Assembly: GCA_963771075.1 (NCBI GenBank)
Contig: CAVYSE010000019.1
Coordinates: 23,649 to 87,648 of the forward strand
DNA: 64,000 nt
Direction of reading: 5' to 3'
Source: a candidate division FCPU426 bacterium
Lineage (GTDB): Bacteria; Oederibacteriota; Muellerivitia; Muellerivitales; Muellerivitaceae
This document shows positions 61,637-64,000 of the stretch, piece by piece (the stretch's first letter is position 1; each line of letters begins with the position of its first letter). The notes below the pieces were generated by a model. It was given only the letters and a program-made list of their open reading frames with translations, had not been told where the DNA came from and ran no database searches. Position numbers and translations under genes: made by a program.

Positions 61637-63089
61637 AGCAACGCCTTAATCTTTTCAAGCACCTTGGCGCTTTCGGCGTCCAGCTTCGCGATTTCTTCCA
61701 TGATTTCCTCGGACTGCGATGAACCACCTCTTCCCCACCATTAGGATTCTTCACCGACAGGTCAAAAGTTTCTTGATCCACCGTCTTCATATCCACCGAC
61801 CAAGATTTAGGTGAATCGGCGAAGGTCTTTTGCAGTTTCACGAATTCCGCCAGGTCGTCATCGTTTAGCGGGTTGGTCTTTCCCAGGCTTCGGCCCGGGT
61901 CAAGCTGGTAAAACCAGGTTTTGCGGGTGGGCGAACCCTTTTCAAAGAAAAGCACCACCGTTTTCACACCGGCACCCTGAAAGGTCCCGCCGGGACAATC
62001 CAAAACCGTGTGAAGGTTACAGCTTTCCAGTAGCAGTTTTCTCAATGAAACCGAGGCGTTATCGGTGTTGGAAAGAAAAGTGTTCTTAATTACCACGCCG
62101 CCCCGGCCGCCCGCTTTCATGATTTTGATGAAATGCTGAAGAAACAAGAAAGCCGTTTCGCCGGTACGGATGGGGAAGTTTTGTTGAACTTCCTCGCGTT
62201 CTTTGCCGCCAAAGGGCGGATTGGCCAGCACCACGTCATACCGGTCTCTTTCCTGGATATCCGCCAGGTTCTCCGAAAGGGTGTTGGTGTGGATGATGTT
62301 GGGGGCCTCAATGCCATGCAGAATCATGTTCATAATGGCGATCACATAGGCCAGCGACTTTTTCTCTTTGCCGTAAAAGGTTTTTTCCTGGAGGGCCTTA
62401 TCCTGGGCCGTCTTGCGGTCTGGGTTTTTATTTTTGAGGTAGTCATAGGCCTCGCACAAGAAGCCCGCTGACCCTACCGCCCCGTCATAGATGGTTTCAC
62501 CCAGTTTGGGTTTGACGACTTGAATGATGGCCCGAATGAGAGGACGCGGGGTGTAATATTCCCCGCCGTTGCGCCCGGCGTTGCCCATGTTCTTGATCTT
62601 GGCTTCGTAGAGGTGCGAAAGCTCGTGCTTTTCGGCTTGGGACCGGAATTCAAGCTCATCAACATGGTCTATGATTTCCCGTAAGTTGTAACCACTCTGG
62701 ATCTTGTTTTTAATTTCCCCGAAGATTTCTCCGATTTTGTATTCAATCGTATTGGGCCCGCTGGCCTTTTGTTTGAACCCCGCCATGTAGGGAAATAGCT
62801 TTTTATTCACAAATTCGGTTAGGTCATCACCCATCAAAGCTTTGTTATGGTCGATTTTGCCGTCTTTTCCTTTAGGTGTTGCCCACGATTCCCAACGATA
62901 TTGGCTTTCAAAGATATAGCTGTATCGCTTCCCCTCTAATTTGGCTTCAGTGGCCCGGTCTTCTTCCAGACCGTCCAGGTATTTGAGGAAAAGAAGCCAG
63001 GAGGATTGCTCGACATAATCCAGTTCGGTGGTGCAACCCGCTTCCTTCCAAAGAACATCGTCGATGTTTTTAAAGGCTTGTTCGAACAA
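61633..63089 (-). CDS. hsdM: Type I N6-adenine methyltransferase (frameshift near 61710)
   Basis: GEYYTPR, DGAVGSAGF, NPPF. Confidence 0.93.
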
Positions 63090-63294
63090 TTTTCTCTCCA
63101 ATCAGGGTTATCAATTCAGGCATCAATTATAAACAAAAGGGTTTACCCATACGGACCGAAGCCCGTGGTTTGCCAGGCTATTAAAACCCGATATGGAAAT
63201 AAATCTTCCCTTTTTTTGTTGTCTTTTTGTCCGATTTTGACACTTTAGGCCGGTTCCCCACCCAAAAATTCGCTTTCAGACGTTTTTCCAATTG

Positions 63295-63410
63295 ACGCTG
63301 AACAGCATAACTATTAGTTATTAGCTGTTAGCAACAACATCAGCTCTTAGTGATTGGCCGTTAGCTTTTAGCCATGGCCTAAACCAAGTGCAAATATCTA
63401 ACCGCTAAGG
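63295..63410. repeat. Degenerate heptamer TTAGC repeat upstream of parB-like gene
   Basis: CTATTAGTTATTAGCTGTTAGC..CTCTTAGTGATTGGCCGTTAGCTTTTAGC. Confidence 0.55.
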
Positions 63411-63433
63411 GCTTATTTTCTGGAGGTTCCGCT

Positions 63434-64000
63434 ATGTCGATCGATATTCAAGAACATTCAGCAAGCCAACCCGGAGTGCCTGACCCAAGTCAAAGCCTAT
63501 TCATTCCCCTGGGCGAACTGCTTGCGAATCCAAACCAACCCCGGCGTTCCTTCCGGAAAGGGTCCATTGGCGAGATAGCCGAATCCCTGAAGGCCATAGG
63601 TCAACAGACCGACATCAAGGTGAGGCCCTTGACCGAAGGGGAGAAGGCGGCAAATCCGGGGTTCCAATACCTGGTCATCGGCGGCCACCGCCGCCTGGAG
63701 GGGGCCAAGCTGGCCGGATTGCCGGGGCTCCGGGCTAAGGTCCTTAACCTGACCCCGGCCCAGACCCGGCGGGCTGCCTTGATGGACAACAACCAGGATG
63801 AGATGGACTGGTGGGATTGGGACCTAGCCATTGAGGTCGACTACCAGGACGAACCGGCCTCCCGGGAGGAAGTCGCGGCCCGGCTAGGTTTATCCAAGAC
63901 CCGGGTAAATGAGGCAATGAAGCGCACCAAAGCCTTAAACCCGGCGGCTCGGGCATTAGTAGACGAAAATCTTCAAAAAACCCTTAAAAACGATGGTCGC
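63434..64000 (+). CDS. ParB/RepB/Spo0J-family protein (partial)
   Basis: Manual translation: NPNQPRRSF, YLVIGGHRRLEGA, HTH EEVAARLGLSKTRV; RBS GGAGG. Confidence 0.85.
   Translation, partial: MSIDIQEHSASQPGVPDPSQSLFIPLGELLANPNQPRRSFRKGSIGEIAESLKAIGQQTDIKVRPLTEGEKAANPGFQYLVIGGHRRLEGAKLAGLPGLRAKVLNLTPAQTRRAALMDNNQDEMDWWDWDLAIEVDYQDEPASREEVAARLGLSKTRVNEAMKRTKALNPAARALVDENLQKTLKNDGR

Overview
Bacterial chromosomal window from a diderm (LolA, TPR/beta-barrel outer-membrane protein, GT9 heptosyltransferase-like). Bases 1 to about 52.6 kb are mostly minus-strand housekeeping genes: rrf2-sufBCDS, recO, yajQ, rodZ/lolA/ftsK, a beta-glucuronidase unit, gatCAB, pcrA/uvrD, rplM-rpsI, speE, queF, truA, and a futalosine-pathway menaquinone cluster interrupted by toxin-antitoxin cassettes. 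Many single-base frameshifts in core genes look like sequencing indels. From about 52.7 kb to the end is an accessory island. It holds a RAYT-like HUH transposase bounded by a perfect 30-bp inverted repeat, an IS1111-type IS110 element inserted in the right copy of that repeat, a type I R-M locus with an internal rhuM gene, and a partial ParB-like gene. Best signals: (1) the IS110 3' region folds into two loops whose four guide segments match both strands of the target and both strands of the circle junction, i.e. a readable bridge/seek RNA aimed at the RAYT end; (2) a perfect 27-bp palindrome inside rhuM, plus a second variant in the same codon register just downstream; (3) two dispersed short-period repeat families that also enter gene 5' ends; (4) an unclassified, highly structured intergenic element at about 50.6 kb. 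All calls are by-eye motif recognition; no database searches were run.
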